64,000 bases of DNA from a virus (IMGVR_UViG_3300045284_000214:1062-65061), one strand, 5' to 3'. Counted from the stretch's first letter, positions 49,018 to 58,487 are shown. The notes: a model not told the origin generated them from the letters alone. A program made the numbers and translations.

Positions 49018-49689
49018 CCAGGGACAAGAGGAGCTAGTCAGAGACAGTCGATGCGCAGAGCGTTCGTGTAAGTTAAGGCAGGCTTGGAGTGGCAGTTCCG
49101 AGAGATGCAGGCCAAGGCCTGGAACGGCAAGTTAAGGCAGGCGTGGTGAAGATTGGAACTGAGGTCGGAGCAGGCAAGGAGCAGCAAGTCCTGTACAGTC
49201 ACGGACAGGCAATGCAAGGCCGGATAGGACAGGCTTGTATAATCACGGCCCGTAATGTTCGGGGGTTGTCTGGATTGGTATGGCAGGCAGGGCTGGTCCC
49301 GTAAGTGATCGGTTGTGTGCGTTATCGCGTGGCAAAGCCGCGTTGGTCAAGGCAGGAGGAGAGTGGCATGGACCGTAATGGTTGGTTTTGGCAGGGCGCG
49401 TTGCGTCCTGTAGCGGTTCTGTAAGGCAGGATGTGTGTGGAAGTGCTGAGGCGTGGAAGTTCATATCTGTGCCCATTAAGGCAGGAGCGGTGTGGATAGT
49501 CGCGGCCCGTTCGGGTCTGGCAATGCCCAGTTAGGCAAGTCAGGAATGGAGTGGCAGAGATTGTCTGAGACGGTTTCTGAACTGTAAAGAGAAGAGTGGC
49601 TTGGTGAGGCTGGCTTGGCGTTGTTGAGCGCGGTTCTTCTGGTTTCGGCCCCGTCATGTGGGAAACGGCCCGGCGCTGCTTTGCTGGCA
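49018..49689 (+). repeat. non-coding array of 5-nt units (GG-biased triplet + variable NN) segmented by a 4-nt GGCA linker; candidate guide-RNA array
   Basis: Example from 49077: ggca|ggctt ggagt ggcag ttccg agaga tgcag gccaa ggcct ggaac ggcaa gttaa|ggca. Linker spacings are mostly 5n+4. Confidence 0.85.
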
Positions 49690-49697
49690 AACAAAAA

Positions 49698-49730
49698 TAG
49701 TGGCGGGAGAAATCCCGCTGCTAACTTTTC
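49698..49730 (+). terminator. intrinsic terminator closing the array
   Basis: tagtggcggga-gaaa-tcccgctgcta stem with GNRA loop, followed by acttttc. Confidence 0.75.
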
Positions 49731-49746
49731 TGTTGGGGAGGGTTCA

Positions 49747-51207
49747 TTGAGAGAACTGAGGCAAGATCAGATCGAGTTATTGGTCGAGATAGAGGAGGCT
49801 ATCGAGTCTGGGTTGCGGCGGTTAATGATCCAGGCTCCATGCGGGTTTGGGAAAACACTGGTAGCTTCGACATTGCTCAAGAAATATTGCGATGAAGGCA
49901 AGCGGGTCATGTTTGTGGTCCCGGCTATCAGCTTAATCAGCCAGACAATTGAAGTATTCAACAGCGAGGGATTAGAAGATATTGGCGTAATGCAAGCTTA
50001 TCACATGATGACTAACTGGGACATGCCAATACAAATTTGTAGTATTCAAACACTTTCAAGAAGAAATCTTCCAAAGTCCGATATCGTTATTATAGATGAA
50101 GCTCATATTTGGTTTAAATTCTTCGAAAAATGGATGCTGGACCCTGAATGGAAAGATATTCCATTTGTTGGACTTTCGGCAACGCCATGGGCGAAAGGTT
50201 TGGGCGCTTGGTACCAAAAACTGATCATAGGCAGCACCATTGGCGAAGCTATAGACCAGGGCATTTTGTCTCGTTTCAAAGTATTCGCGCCCGCCCATCC
50301 AGATTTAACAAAGGTTAGGACTCTCGCTGGCGATTTTCATGAAGGCGACCTCGAAAAGGTAATGAACCAAAAACGCCTTGTCGCGGATATTGTTAGCACA
50401 TGGCTTTTACGAGCTAAAGACTTGCCAACACTTTGTTTTTGCGTGAACCGCGCTCACGCGAAACAGGTTCAAGAGCAATTTATTGCCGCTGGGATAAATG
50501 CTGGCTACCAAGATTCCTTTACTAGGGATGACGAGCGAACAGCCATCAAGATCAAGTTCCACAACGGCGAAATGCCTGTCGTTTGCTCGGTAAATACAAT
50601 GATTTTGGGCATCGACTGGAAAATCAAGTGTTTGATTTGGGCGTGCCCGACAAAATCCGAGATGAAGTACGTTCAGGGCACTGGTCGAGGGTTGAGAACA
50701 GATGAAGGCAAGGACGAGTGCCTTATCCTCGATCATTCGGACAACACATTGCGCCTCGGATTCGTGGATTCCATCCATCACGCAGAATTGAACACGGGAA
50801 AAAAACCTTTAGCTGCCTCGGTCAGTCCGATCCGCCTTCCCAAGGAATGCCCGCAATGTACTTTCCTGAAACCGCCCAAGACGCTGGAGTGCCCGAACTG
50901 CGGCTTTGCCACCAAGCCGGTGGTCGATGTGGTGGTCGAGAAGGGCGAACTAGTTGAGTTTACCAAGAGGGGAAAGCCAAAGGATTTGTTCGAGAAACCA
51001 GATACTTACGCCGGTCTTCTGTGGTACGGACAGCAGAAGAATTACAAGGCTGGCTGGGCATTCCATAAATATTTTGAGCTTTTTCAAGAATATCCTCAAG
51101 GACTTGGCGTGGTGCCGAAGCCACCAAGCACGGAATTGGCAAAATGGATCAAATCACGAACCATAGCTTGGGCACACTCCAAATACCGGACTCCGCTTCG
51201 CCCATAA
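49747..51207 (+). CDS. SF2 DEAH helicase (RadD/YejH-like) with zinc finger
   Basis: TTG 49747 after GGGGAGG; LR..Q, APCGFGKT, DEAH, LSATP, QGTGRGLR, CPQC..CPNC. Confidence 0.92.
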   Translation: MRELRQDQIELLVEIEEAIESGLRRLMIQAPCGFGKTLVASTLLKKYCDEGKRVMFVVPAISLISQTIEVFNSEGLEDIGVMQAYHMMTNWDMPIQICSIQTLSRRNLPKSDIVIIDEAHIWFKFFEKWMLDPEWKDIPFVGLSATPWAKGLGAWYQKLIIGSTIGEAIDQGILSRFKVFAPAHPDLTKVRTLAGDFHEGDLEKVMNQKRLVADIVSTWLLRAKDLPTLCFCVNRAHAKQVQEQFIAAGINAGYQDSFTRDDERTAIKIKFHNGEMPVVCSVNTMILGIDWKIKCLIWACPTKSEMKYVQGTGRGLRTDEGKDECLILDHSDNTLRLGFVDSIHHAELNTGKKPLAASVSPIRLPKECPQCTFLKPPKTLECPNCGFATKPVVDVVVEKGELVEFTKRGKPKDLFEKPDTYAGLLWYGQQKNYKAGWAFHKYFELFQEYPQGLGVVPKPPSTELAKWIKSRTIAWAHSKYRTPLRP

Positions 51208-52007
51208 GCGACCATCCCTGCCCCCATTGCGGACCCGACTGTCGGTCCACATTCAATCGCAGGCGTAAGACCTTGCGAATATGGAACAATGATGGTTTCA
51301 TCAGCTGGAGATGTGCCCGCTGCGATACCACGGGATGGAAGAAGGGTAACAAGACGGACCATACCGCGCCCAGTCGGCAGCAGCCACAGCAGCCTCCCCA
51401 GAGCCGTACAGGAGCCGCCCGTGCGCTTTGGGCTGCGTCCTTGCCTCTGAAGGGCAGCCTCGCGGAAACCTACCTGCGGAGCCGCCAGTGCTTCCTGGAT
51501 ACCCCCAACCTTCGATTTCTCGAAGGCGGCAAGCATCCTCCAGCCATGATCGGGCGCTTTAGCTCCGGCGCGGTACATCTTACTCGTTTAAACGCAGACG
51601 GAACCGGGAAGGCAGGCACGGAGAACGATAAGCTGATGTTCGGGCGGGTTGCGAGTTCTCCACTAGTCATCGGCCACGCAGGGCCAGACACGCCGCTGAT
51701 CATCTGCGAGGGAATCGAGGATGGATTGTCGATGGTGTTGGCTACCGGCTTCTTGGTCTGGGTGGCTGGTTCGGCCTCGATGATGCCGAAGCTAATTCCG
51801 GCGTCCACGACACATCGAACGGTGTACTTTGCGCTCGATCTCGACAAGGCAGGCTTCCGCGCCTATCGCAGGGCACTGGAGCTGCGGACGGATATTCATT
51901 CCGTGAGATTTCCGAAACAACTTGACGCCAACGCCATCATTCGACAACCTGAGGGCACCAAACGCTTGAGAGAATTAGTGCTTCGCCGCCCCACCTTTCA
52001 CAGGTGA
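51144..52007 (+). CDS. zinc-finger TOPRIM primase-like protein
   Basis: CPHC...CARC, AETYLRSR, VHLTRL, CEGIEDGLS, ALDLDKAG. Confidence 0.85.
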   Translation: MDQITNHSLGTLQIPDSASPISDHPCPHCGPDCRSTFNRRRKTLRIWNNDGFISWRCARCDTTGWKKGNKTDHTAPSRQQPQQPPQSRTGAARALWAASLPLKGSLAETYLRSRQCFLDTPNLRFLEGGKHPPAMIGRFSSGAVHLTRLNADGTGKAGTENDKLMFGRVASSPLVIGHAGPDTPLIICEGIEDGLSMVLATGFLVWVAGSASMMPKLIPASTTHRTVYFALDLDKAGFRAYRRALELRTDIHSVRFPKQLDANAIIRQPEGTKRLRELVLRRPTFHR

Positions 52008-52115
52008 GTAGGGGCATCTGGAGAGATAGCTTGCGGGGGGCGGCCATGGCGCAAGTCATGATAGTGAACCGTAAAAAGGCTATCGATCCCTACATAAATT
52101 CAGGAGCTAAACTAG

Positions 52116-53717
52116 ATGGGTGATGGAAGCGGCGGCGGAGATGGTGGCGGTGGCGGCTCGGACAGCAGTTCTGACAGCGCCAACGATACCGGTGGCTTTA
52201 CCGGTGTAGCTCCCGGCGATCCCAGCGCCGTAAGCGGCTTCAGTGTAGGCACAGGCTTTGGCGATAGCTCGCAGTCAGGATCTTCACTGAGCGGCGAAGG
52301 GTTCGGCCCGGATGCGGATGCTGCTGCCGCAGCCGCTGCGGTTACTGGTCTTGCCACCGGTCTTGGTAGCGTGAGCGATGCCAATATCGGGACAGGCATC
52401 GGGAGTCTTGGGTTTGGAACCTCCAGCCCAAGCACTCCAGCCCCCGGTGAAGGCGCTGGCTTTGGCGCACCCGGCAATCCGGGCATTGGGGCGCAGACAG
52501 ATGCAGGCTTCGGTATAGCTGGCATTGGCCCGACTGCTGCTGGGCAGGGCTTGGGCCCGGCTGACAGCACCACTAACGATACTGCCAACCTCGGGCAGTC
52601 CATTGGCGCGGCGCTTAGTCAAAACAGCGACCCCAGCACTTCGGTTAGTCCATCCCTTGCGGCTGCTCTTGCTTCATTAGGCCAGACGAGTGCACCTGCG
52701 GCAGCGGCTGCGCCCGGCGCCGCACCGCCAGGAATAGCGGGAATCACCGGCGTAGCCAGCCCTGATCCTACATCACAAGCTGCACAGCCGGATGCTGTTA
52801 GCGCGGTCACGGGAGTTGCGCCTCCGGGCCTGAGCAACAGTACGCCATCCTCTCCGTTTGGCACGATTGCAGCGCCACCTACCAGCATGGACGCAGAGCT
52901 TGGCATAGATGTCCCCGGCATCGATCAGGACATGGCGGTCAATGCGCCACCCCCTCCGGGCGTAACAATGGGCTTCCAAGGTTTCAGCCCCAGCCCTACC
53001 GGCGTAGTGGGAGTAACCTCGCCAACGTCGATTTCGGACCAAGCTTTGGCTAATACCGTCGCGACCAAAGGCGATGCTGAGGCGATGCAGGATGCAAAGG
53101 ATCAAGCTGAGGCTAACGCCATAGCTGGGAAACTAGGCTTGCTAGGCCCCAACGCAATCACCACTAACCAAGGCCCGGTATCGGCGCTTCCTGCTTCGGT
53201 TTCGTCACCGCCGTCCGCGCCCAGCGCTACACTGGGAATTGGGGCTGACGCCGGATTCGGAGCACCGGGACAGCCGTCCATTGGCACCAGTCCGCCAAGC
53301 CCAGCTGCCATTGCCGCTGGATATGGTGCATTAGCTGAGGGGATGTCCACTCCCGCCGCAACTCCGGCAACCTTGGGCATCGCGTCAGACGCCATAGGAG
53401 CACCCAACCAGCCAAGCCTAGCCGCACAACAGAGCATCAACGACGCTAATATTTCCCTTGCTGCGCAAAACAATCAGCCAAACATTGCTCCAGCCCCAGC
53501 GCTCTCGCAGATCGCAACTGCGCCCCCTGCGCCAGCCGTTACCTCACCTGCGCCTGCATTAGGTGTGCCTGCCGCTACCCCCGCCTTATCGCCTGTCGCA
53601 GCTCCTGTCGCAGAGCAATCCATTACCAATCCTGATGGTACGCTGAACTTTGCGGCTCTGATGGCGAACTATCCCGGACTGCGTCAGCAGCTTACCAACA
53701 TACTCCAAACATCATGA
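52116..53717 (+). CDS. low-complexity Gly/Ser/Ala/Pro-rich protein
   Basis: AGGAG RBS; 533 aa open frame, essentially disordered. Confidence 0.7.
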   Translation: MGDGSGGGDGGGGGSDSSSDSANDTGGFTGVAPGDPSAVSGFSVGTGFGDSSQSGSSLSGEGFGPDADAAAAAAAVTGLATGLGSVSDANIGTGIGSLGFGTSSPSTPAPGEGAGFGAPGNPGIGAQTDAGFGIAGIGPTAAGQGLGPADSTTNDTANLGQSIGAALSQNSDPSTSVSPSLAAALASLGQTSAPAAAAAPGAAPPGIAGITGVASPDPTSQAAQPDAVSAVTGVAPPGLSNSTPSSPFGTIAAPPTSMDAELGIDVPGIDQDMAVNAPPPPGVTMGFQGFSPSPTGVVGVTSPTSISDQALANTVATKGDAEAMQDAKDQAEANAIAGKLGLLGPNAITTNQGPVSALPASVSSPPSAPSATLGIGADAGFGAPGQPSIGTSPPSPAAIAAGYGALAEGMSTPAATPATLGIASDAIGAPNQPSLAAQQSINDANISLAAQNNQPNIAPAPALSQIATAPPAPAVTSPAPALGVPAATPALSPVAAPVAEQSITNPDGTLNFAALMANYPGLRQQLTNILQTS

Positions 53718-53735
53718 CCTAGGGGAGAGAGCTTA

Positions 53736-53900
53736 ATGCCAAGCAAGACTCCAAAGCAAAAGAAGCTGATGGCGATCGCGGCGCATACCAAGGGTGGCTA
53801 TGGCGGAGTGCCGCAGAAAGTCGGCAAGGAGTTTCACAACGAGGATCGCGGAAAGTATGGGCACAAGACCGGCAAAAAGAAAATGAAAGGGAAGTATTGA
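53736..53900 (+). CDS. small Lys-rich protein (54 aa, not in track)
   Basis: GGGGAG RBS; MPSKTPKQKKLMAIAAH...VPQKVGKEF...KGKY*. Confidence 0.75.
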   Translation: MPSKTPKQKKLMAIAAHTKGGYGGVPQKVGKEFHNEDRGKYGHKTGKKKMKGKY

Positions 53901-53902
53901 TC

Positions 53903-54064
53903 ATGGCAAAGAAACATCCAGGATTTAAAGCGGTCAAGGGGAAGATCGAGAAGGAGGGCTATTCGCCCAAAGCAGCTGGCGCAATTCTCGCTTCATCGAC
54001 TCGTCATGCTTCGGCTAAGGCCAAGAAGGCCAACCCGCATTTGAAGCGCGTCAAAGGCAAGTAG
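53903..54064 (+). CDS. small Lys-rich protein (53 aa, not in track)
   Basis: MAKKHPGFKAV...AAGAILASSTRHASAKAKKANPHLKRVKGK*. Confidence 0.75.
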   Translation: MAKKHPGFKAVKGKIEKEGYSPKAAGAILASSTRHASAKAKKANPHLKRVKGK

Positions 54065-54115
54065 CCGGAACTATCCCGTCGCAAAACTGTTGCAGGCGTG
54101 CTATAGGGGATCGTC

Positions 54116-54424
54116 ATGAACCTATTCTGCCGTCACAGCCGACAACTTACCAGAATGGAGCTACTGCTTATGGCCCTCGACCAGAACGTACAGACCCTTA
54201 TCGATGAAGTCGCCAACAACAGCAATCTCGTCGCCTCGGCTATCGCAGGCCTCAAGGTAGAGAGCGACCAGATCACAGCCCTTCAAGCTCAGATCGCCGC
54301 CATCCCGCCCTCGCAGCCTATCGACGCCGAAGACCTCGCTGCACTGCAAAAGGCTGTGGGCGATCTCAAGGACACCAATGCGCAGCTACAAACCGCTGTA
54401 CCTGCATCGATTCCGGGCGTATAA
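54116..54424 (+). CDS. coiled-coil hypothetical protein
   Basis: GGGGA RBS; heptad pattern; alternative start at 54170. Confidence 0.65.
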   Translation: MNLFCRHSRQLTRMELLLMALDQNVQTLIDEVANNSNLVASAIAGLKVESDQITALQAQIAAIPPSQPIDAEDLAALQKAVGDLKDTNAQLQTAVPASIPGV

Positions 54425-54496
54425 GACCAGCGCCTCTGGGGAGCCAACTTTTCTGGCGGCGGTCTCGCTCACCAAGCTAGCATAATCCTACTAGGG

Positions 54497-54527
54497 AAAG
54501 CCCGCCTTAACCGGCGGGTTTTCTTTT
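54497..54527. terminator. bidirectional intrinsic terminator
   Basis: aaagcccgcc-ttaacc-ggcgggtttt-ctttt between convergent genes. Confidence 0.8.
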
Positions 54528-54530
54528 GCC

Positions 54531-54746
54531 CTAGCGCCAGTGCAGCGTAGGAAAGGCCGTTCCCGCCCCTAGCAGCCCTGCTAGGGCGTTTATGATGACA
54601 AGGGCTATGATCACCACCAAGATGACGTTGACCACCTGTACAATGGGCGCAGGCAGGGGAATCAGCCCTATCAATTGCATGAATGCCCAGTAAATAACGC
54701 CCACGATTAATAGCGTTATCAGCAAACCAATAAGCGAGCCGACCAT
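54531..54746 (-). CDS. small two-TM membrane protein (Thivi_2564-like)
   Basis: GGAGG RBS; TM-'IPLPAPI'-TM. Confidence 0.75.
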   Translation of the reverse strand: MVGSLIGLLITLLIVGVIYWAFMQLIGLIPLPAPIVQVVNVILVVIIALVIINALAGLLGAGTAFPTLHWR

Positions 54747-54814
54747 AGCTATGGCCTCCAGTCAGATGGAGGACAAGCGTTTAAACACACTAATGTTCCT
54801 TAAAACGCAACCTA

Positions 54815-54844
54815 TTGACAACGGCCCATATGTTAGCTTATGTT
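54815..54844 (+). promoter_or_regulatory. sigma70-like promoter
   Basis: TTGACA-N18-TATGTT upstream of ATG 54899. Confidence 0.55.
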
Positions 54845-54898
54845 AGCTTGCGGAACCCTAAACCGCTATCCTCGTTTAAACGCAGAAAGGGAACCATC

Positions 54899-55102
54899 AT
54901 GAGCAAAACCCTGGAACATATCTACATCTCGCAGTCCTGTGAGGACTACGGCAACCATGCCTTGGCGTTGCTGCATCTCAATGCTGCGGCGGTATTTGCG
55001 GCCTGCGAATCCCCGGAGCACGTCCCCATGATCCGCCAGACCATCGACCATTACCGGCGCGCCTATCAGATCAGCCGCAGGCAGGGCTTGGAAAGCCATT
55101 AG
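54899..55102 (+). CDS. hypothetical protein (own promoter and terminator)
   Basis: AAAGGG RBS; ATG 54899. Confidence 0.6.
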   Translation: MSKTLEHIYISQSCEDYGNHALALLHLNAAAVFAACESPEHVPMIRQTIDHYRRAYQISRRQGLESH

Positions 55103-55126
55103 CGCCTCGCCCATGCGGCAAAAGAG

Positions 55127-55154
55127 AAGCCCGGCGGGTTAGGCCGGGCTTTTT
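55127..55154. terminator. bidirectional intrinsic terminator
   Basis: aagcccggc-gggttag-gccgggctt-ttt between convergent genes. Confidence 0.8.
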
Positions 55155-55176
55155 GCTGTCGTGCTGTAGGGGCTTG

Positions 55177-56352
55177 CTAGAGCGGTCTTTCGTGGCTGGA
55201 TGCGGCCTCATCCTCGGCATCACCAAGCCAGACGACCGGGAACCCGTCTAGTTCCGCCGCATCCTGCACGCCGTCAAGGAATGCTATGATGCCGTCAATG
55301 GCTGGATTATCTTTCTTCCATACCAGCTTCAAAAGTCCCAGCTTTTGCTCGGAAAGCAATTGCCAATCGATATTTTCAAAGACTGTGCGGAGATTATTCA
55401 TGATCTTTTACCTTTCCATTGTTTGAGTGTTAGCGCCGCAGAGCAAATGCCGCGCGACGGTTTAGGATGGTATTGCGCCAATAGCGGGTTGATACGGCAT
55501 GGCCGATAGCGAATCCGATACTGACTCCGACTAGCAGAACGCCGCTCAGGAACATGAAAAAGACGACTGTGAAGGACATGGCTTTATTCCTTTTCGTTGC
55601 TATTGAAAGTCGCTTTCTGTGTGGTCGTTTGAAGGTACGCCTTCCCACTCGCAGCAAAAGCGATAATCCGTTTGCGCGCCAACCTTATCGGGGAATTCGC
55701 AAACTGTTTTGGAGTGTGTCCAATTTCCGTTCGATAATTGTTCGATTTGGCCGCTGCAATAGCGTCTCATGATTTTTGCGCTCATGTCTCTAACCTTTCG
55801 AGTTGCCGATTGATGTAGCGGTAATTCACCGGGTTGATATTAGTATGGTTGAACGATTGCATAACCCTTGACGCGGTTATGGTGATCTTTCACGGTTTCG
55901 ATATGGACGCCCTCGCCCGGCAATGCGTCGCCGGTAGCATACATATCCTCAAGCACCTCGTTAGCCTTGTCGTGGGACTTGTAAGGGCCAGCATAGATGA
56001 ATCCGCCGTTTGCTGTAAACCGTGACATAGGATTAACCTTTCCGATAGTGGCTTGCGTTTAGTCCATTGTTTGTGATTTGATGCCGTGCCCACATGGCGT
56101 TTAGAACGTCTTATATTTTAGATCGTCCTCGATCCGCATGACAATCACGCGCAAGAATTGCTCACGCGTTAGTGGTTTATCGTCGTCACTGACGTATGGC
56201 ACAAGCGATGCGGCCAGTCCGTATTGAACGCCAGAATATGAAGCAAAACGGCGATGCGCCCAATCGGCGGCTTGCGTATTTCTAAGTGCGCCGTGTCGAT
56301 CCCGCTTGTCATCGGGATAGGTGCTATAATTCATTGAATGCTTGTCTGTCAT
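55177..56352 (-). CDS. small leftward early-type ORFs (55177-55401, ~55430-55579, 55600-55785, 55840-56028, 56101-56352)
   Basis: Each is preceded on the minus strand by an AAAGG RBS. Confidence 0.55.
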
Positions 56353-56355
56353 GGT

Positions 56356-57000
56356 CTAGCCTTTCTTGAAAGTTTGCCCGCACGAAATATGCGTAGCCTC
56401 AAACGTGTCAGACGATACGCGTACCTTGCACCCGCACCCGCAGACATACAGACGCAAGCGGGAACCACTACCTTTACCACGCGATGTGCCGCCGCGCGTA
56501 CCAATCCCCGCGCCACATGGGCGAGGTGCAGCTCCGCCAGCCATATTGCCCAAGGCTGTTACGGGTTGCCCCTCGGTAGGCTTAGGGAGGGCAGCTATGG
56601 CTGTTCTGAGATCGGGCGCAAACATGGCGAGCCGGTATTCCGTCCCCGCCGCCTTGATGCTACGCAAACCTAGGGCAGCACATGCGGCGTGCCATGGCTT
56701 CTTGTGGCCCGCTGCAAAGCCAGCTGCCACGTGGCCTAGTTCGTGAACCACGGTCCCGGCGATCTGGACCCATGATTCCTGGTTAAAGGCGCTAATCTCC
56801 ACAAAGGGAACCGGCTGATCCTTATCCCCGTTGCGCTTCCATTTAGAGAAATAAGTAACGCCGCGAACGCCGCTTTCGCCCGCGCCATACACAAGCTTGA
56901 TGGAATCGAGTTGGGATCGGATATCACCGGCCGGGATGCGAGCAATGGCGAGGGCAGCAACGGCGCTCACAAAGGATTCATGGGTGACAATGGCTGGCAT
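56356..57000 (-). CDS. SprT-like zinc metalloprotease
   Basis: HELGH.......GHKKPW...C..LGL; C-terminal C.CGC..R.....H..CG zinc ribbon. Confidence 0.8.
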   Translation of the reverse strand: MPAIVTHESFVSAVAALAIARIPAGDIRSQLDSIKLVYGAGESGVRGVTYFSKWKRNGDKDQPVPFVEISAFNQESWVQIAGTVVHELGHVAAGFAAGHKKPWHAACAALGLRSIKAAGTEYRLAMFAPDLRTAIAALPKPTEGQPVTALGNMAGGAAPRPCGAGIGTRGGTSRGKGSGSRLRLYVCGCGCKVRVSSDTFEATHISCGQTFKKG

Positions 57001-57004
57001 GGGA

Positions 57005-57862
57005 TCAATACCCCATAGCTTCGGCGCTATGGTCGCGCTGATGTTCCTCGCTCGTTTGCCAAGCGGGGAAAGTCACGCCCATATCGGGATCGACATATCC
57101 GCTGGCGAGTTGATCGACATGGCAAACGGTCAGGCCGCTGTGTTGCATTCTGCCATCGCAGTCACGGGCATCGCTATCCCATTCGCACGTGACCGTTTTG
57201 CCGTCGAATGAATAGGTAAGGACTGTCCAGCTATAGCCCTCATCGGTGGGTCCACCATAGGAATGAGAAAGGGTTTGACCGGCAGTGATCTTGAGTTTGA
57301 CGATATCGCCGTTGTGGTCGGTCCAGAAACGAGCTTGTGCCATAGCTAAGGCCTTTCATTTGGTGATAGTAGAGGATTAGTGATTAAGCCAAATACTGCT
57401 CAACATAGGCGCGGGCGTCATCAGTCAGACGACCTGCTTTGAGCATAAGGCGCGCCATTGATTGGTCTAATCCAGCGTTTTTGCCCTTGGCGCGAGCCTT
57501 GCAGGCAGCCAGATCAGCCTTGACCATATCGAATGACCGCATCGGGATACCCCTCCTTGCAGCCTCTGTATGAAGCCATTGTATCGTTGTTTGTGCCATG
57601 ACGTGCATTCCTTTCGGTTTAGGGGTTAGACGGTTTCAATTTTGGTGACTGTGCAAGCATGATCGTTGAACAGGCCATTAATCGCCCGTTCTGCGGTGCT
57701 GTAATTCTTGCCACAGCCAAGATTTGATGGGCCATGGTCAATATCATCAGCATAGAATGTTTCATCATAATCCTGCGAGACCTTGACCGGCTTGCGGTCG
57801 AAGCAATAGGCCGGATGGGGATGGGTTGCGGTGACATAATAAACGGTGCGGGATCGGGGCAT
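57005..57862 (-). CDS. leftward early-type ORFs (57005-57343, 57384-57608, 57626-57862)
   Basis: GAAAGG RBS before each. Confidence 0.6.
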
Positions 57863-58064
57863 TTGAGACCTTTCTTTTGGACGGAATACGGGCGGTTTGA
57901 GTGTTAGATCACTATTAGCTAACAGCATCAATCATTATCAGCGCTTAAACGATGAAAGGGCTAACTTTGGAAGATTATTCTCTCTTAACAATCTGGCATG
58001 GTTTATGCTACGCGCGCGCTAGTCCTCCGGCGCAAAATACCGTGGTATCGAAGGGAACAATCTG

Positions 58065-58487
58065 CTAGGGTTTGAGCGCGTGATTTGCGGCGTCATCAGC
58101 TGCTTTCGCCTTCCGCGCTTTCGCTCCGGACAGGTGAGTTGACGGGTTCCGCTCCGGGCGTTTTGCGTGCTCCAATTCTGCCAGGACGGCAGCACCACTT
58201 TCAAGCCGGTTCCGGATAGTGGCGATCAGGATCAGTCTGACACGTTCTGGCATTTCCCTTCGACCACTAAGCCAATGTTTCAGGCTGCCCACTGAGCACG
58301 TCAGCATAACCGTTAGAGAGGCATACAGACCGGGACTATGGTCAAGGTAAGGGAAGAGCCAAACTACAGCCCGCCGCATCACGGGCCAGCGCAGGGGCTT
58401 AGGGGCTACGTTGGCAAGCTTGCGGCGTTGGTAGAGAATATGGCCCGCTTGCCTCTCGCGCTCGCGCTGGCGCGCATTTGGCTGCAC
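58065..58487 (-). CDS. hypothetical protein with possible HTH
   Basis: AAAGGGA RBS, GTG start; 'SVGSLKHWLSGRREMP'. Confidence 0.45.
   Translation of the reverse strand: MQPNARQRERERQAGHILYQRRKLANVAPKPLRWPVMRRAVVWLFPYLDHSPGLYASLTVMLTCSVGSLKHWLSGRREMPERVRLILIATIRNRLESGAAVLAELEHAKRPERNPSTHLSGAKARKAKAADDAANHALKP

Noticed and set aside
49018-49689. Canonical CRISPR array
   Set aside because: There is no 23-47-nt conserved repeat. Only a ~6-10-nt junction recurs, and the intervening sequence is itself 5-nt periodic.
49089-49694. ORFs 49089-49304 (+), 49243-49476, 49322-49690 and 49476-49694 (-)
   Set aside because: They lack an RBS, are mutually overlapping, and their composition is dictated by the period-5 repeat, which is not codon-compatible.
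49615-49746. N-terminal extension of the helicase in the ORF track
   Set aside because: It crosses the array end and terminator. TTG 49747 has a strong RBS and coincides with the start of helicase homology.
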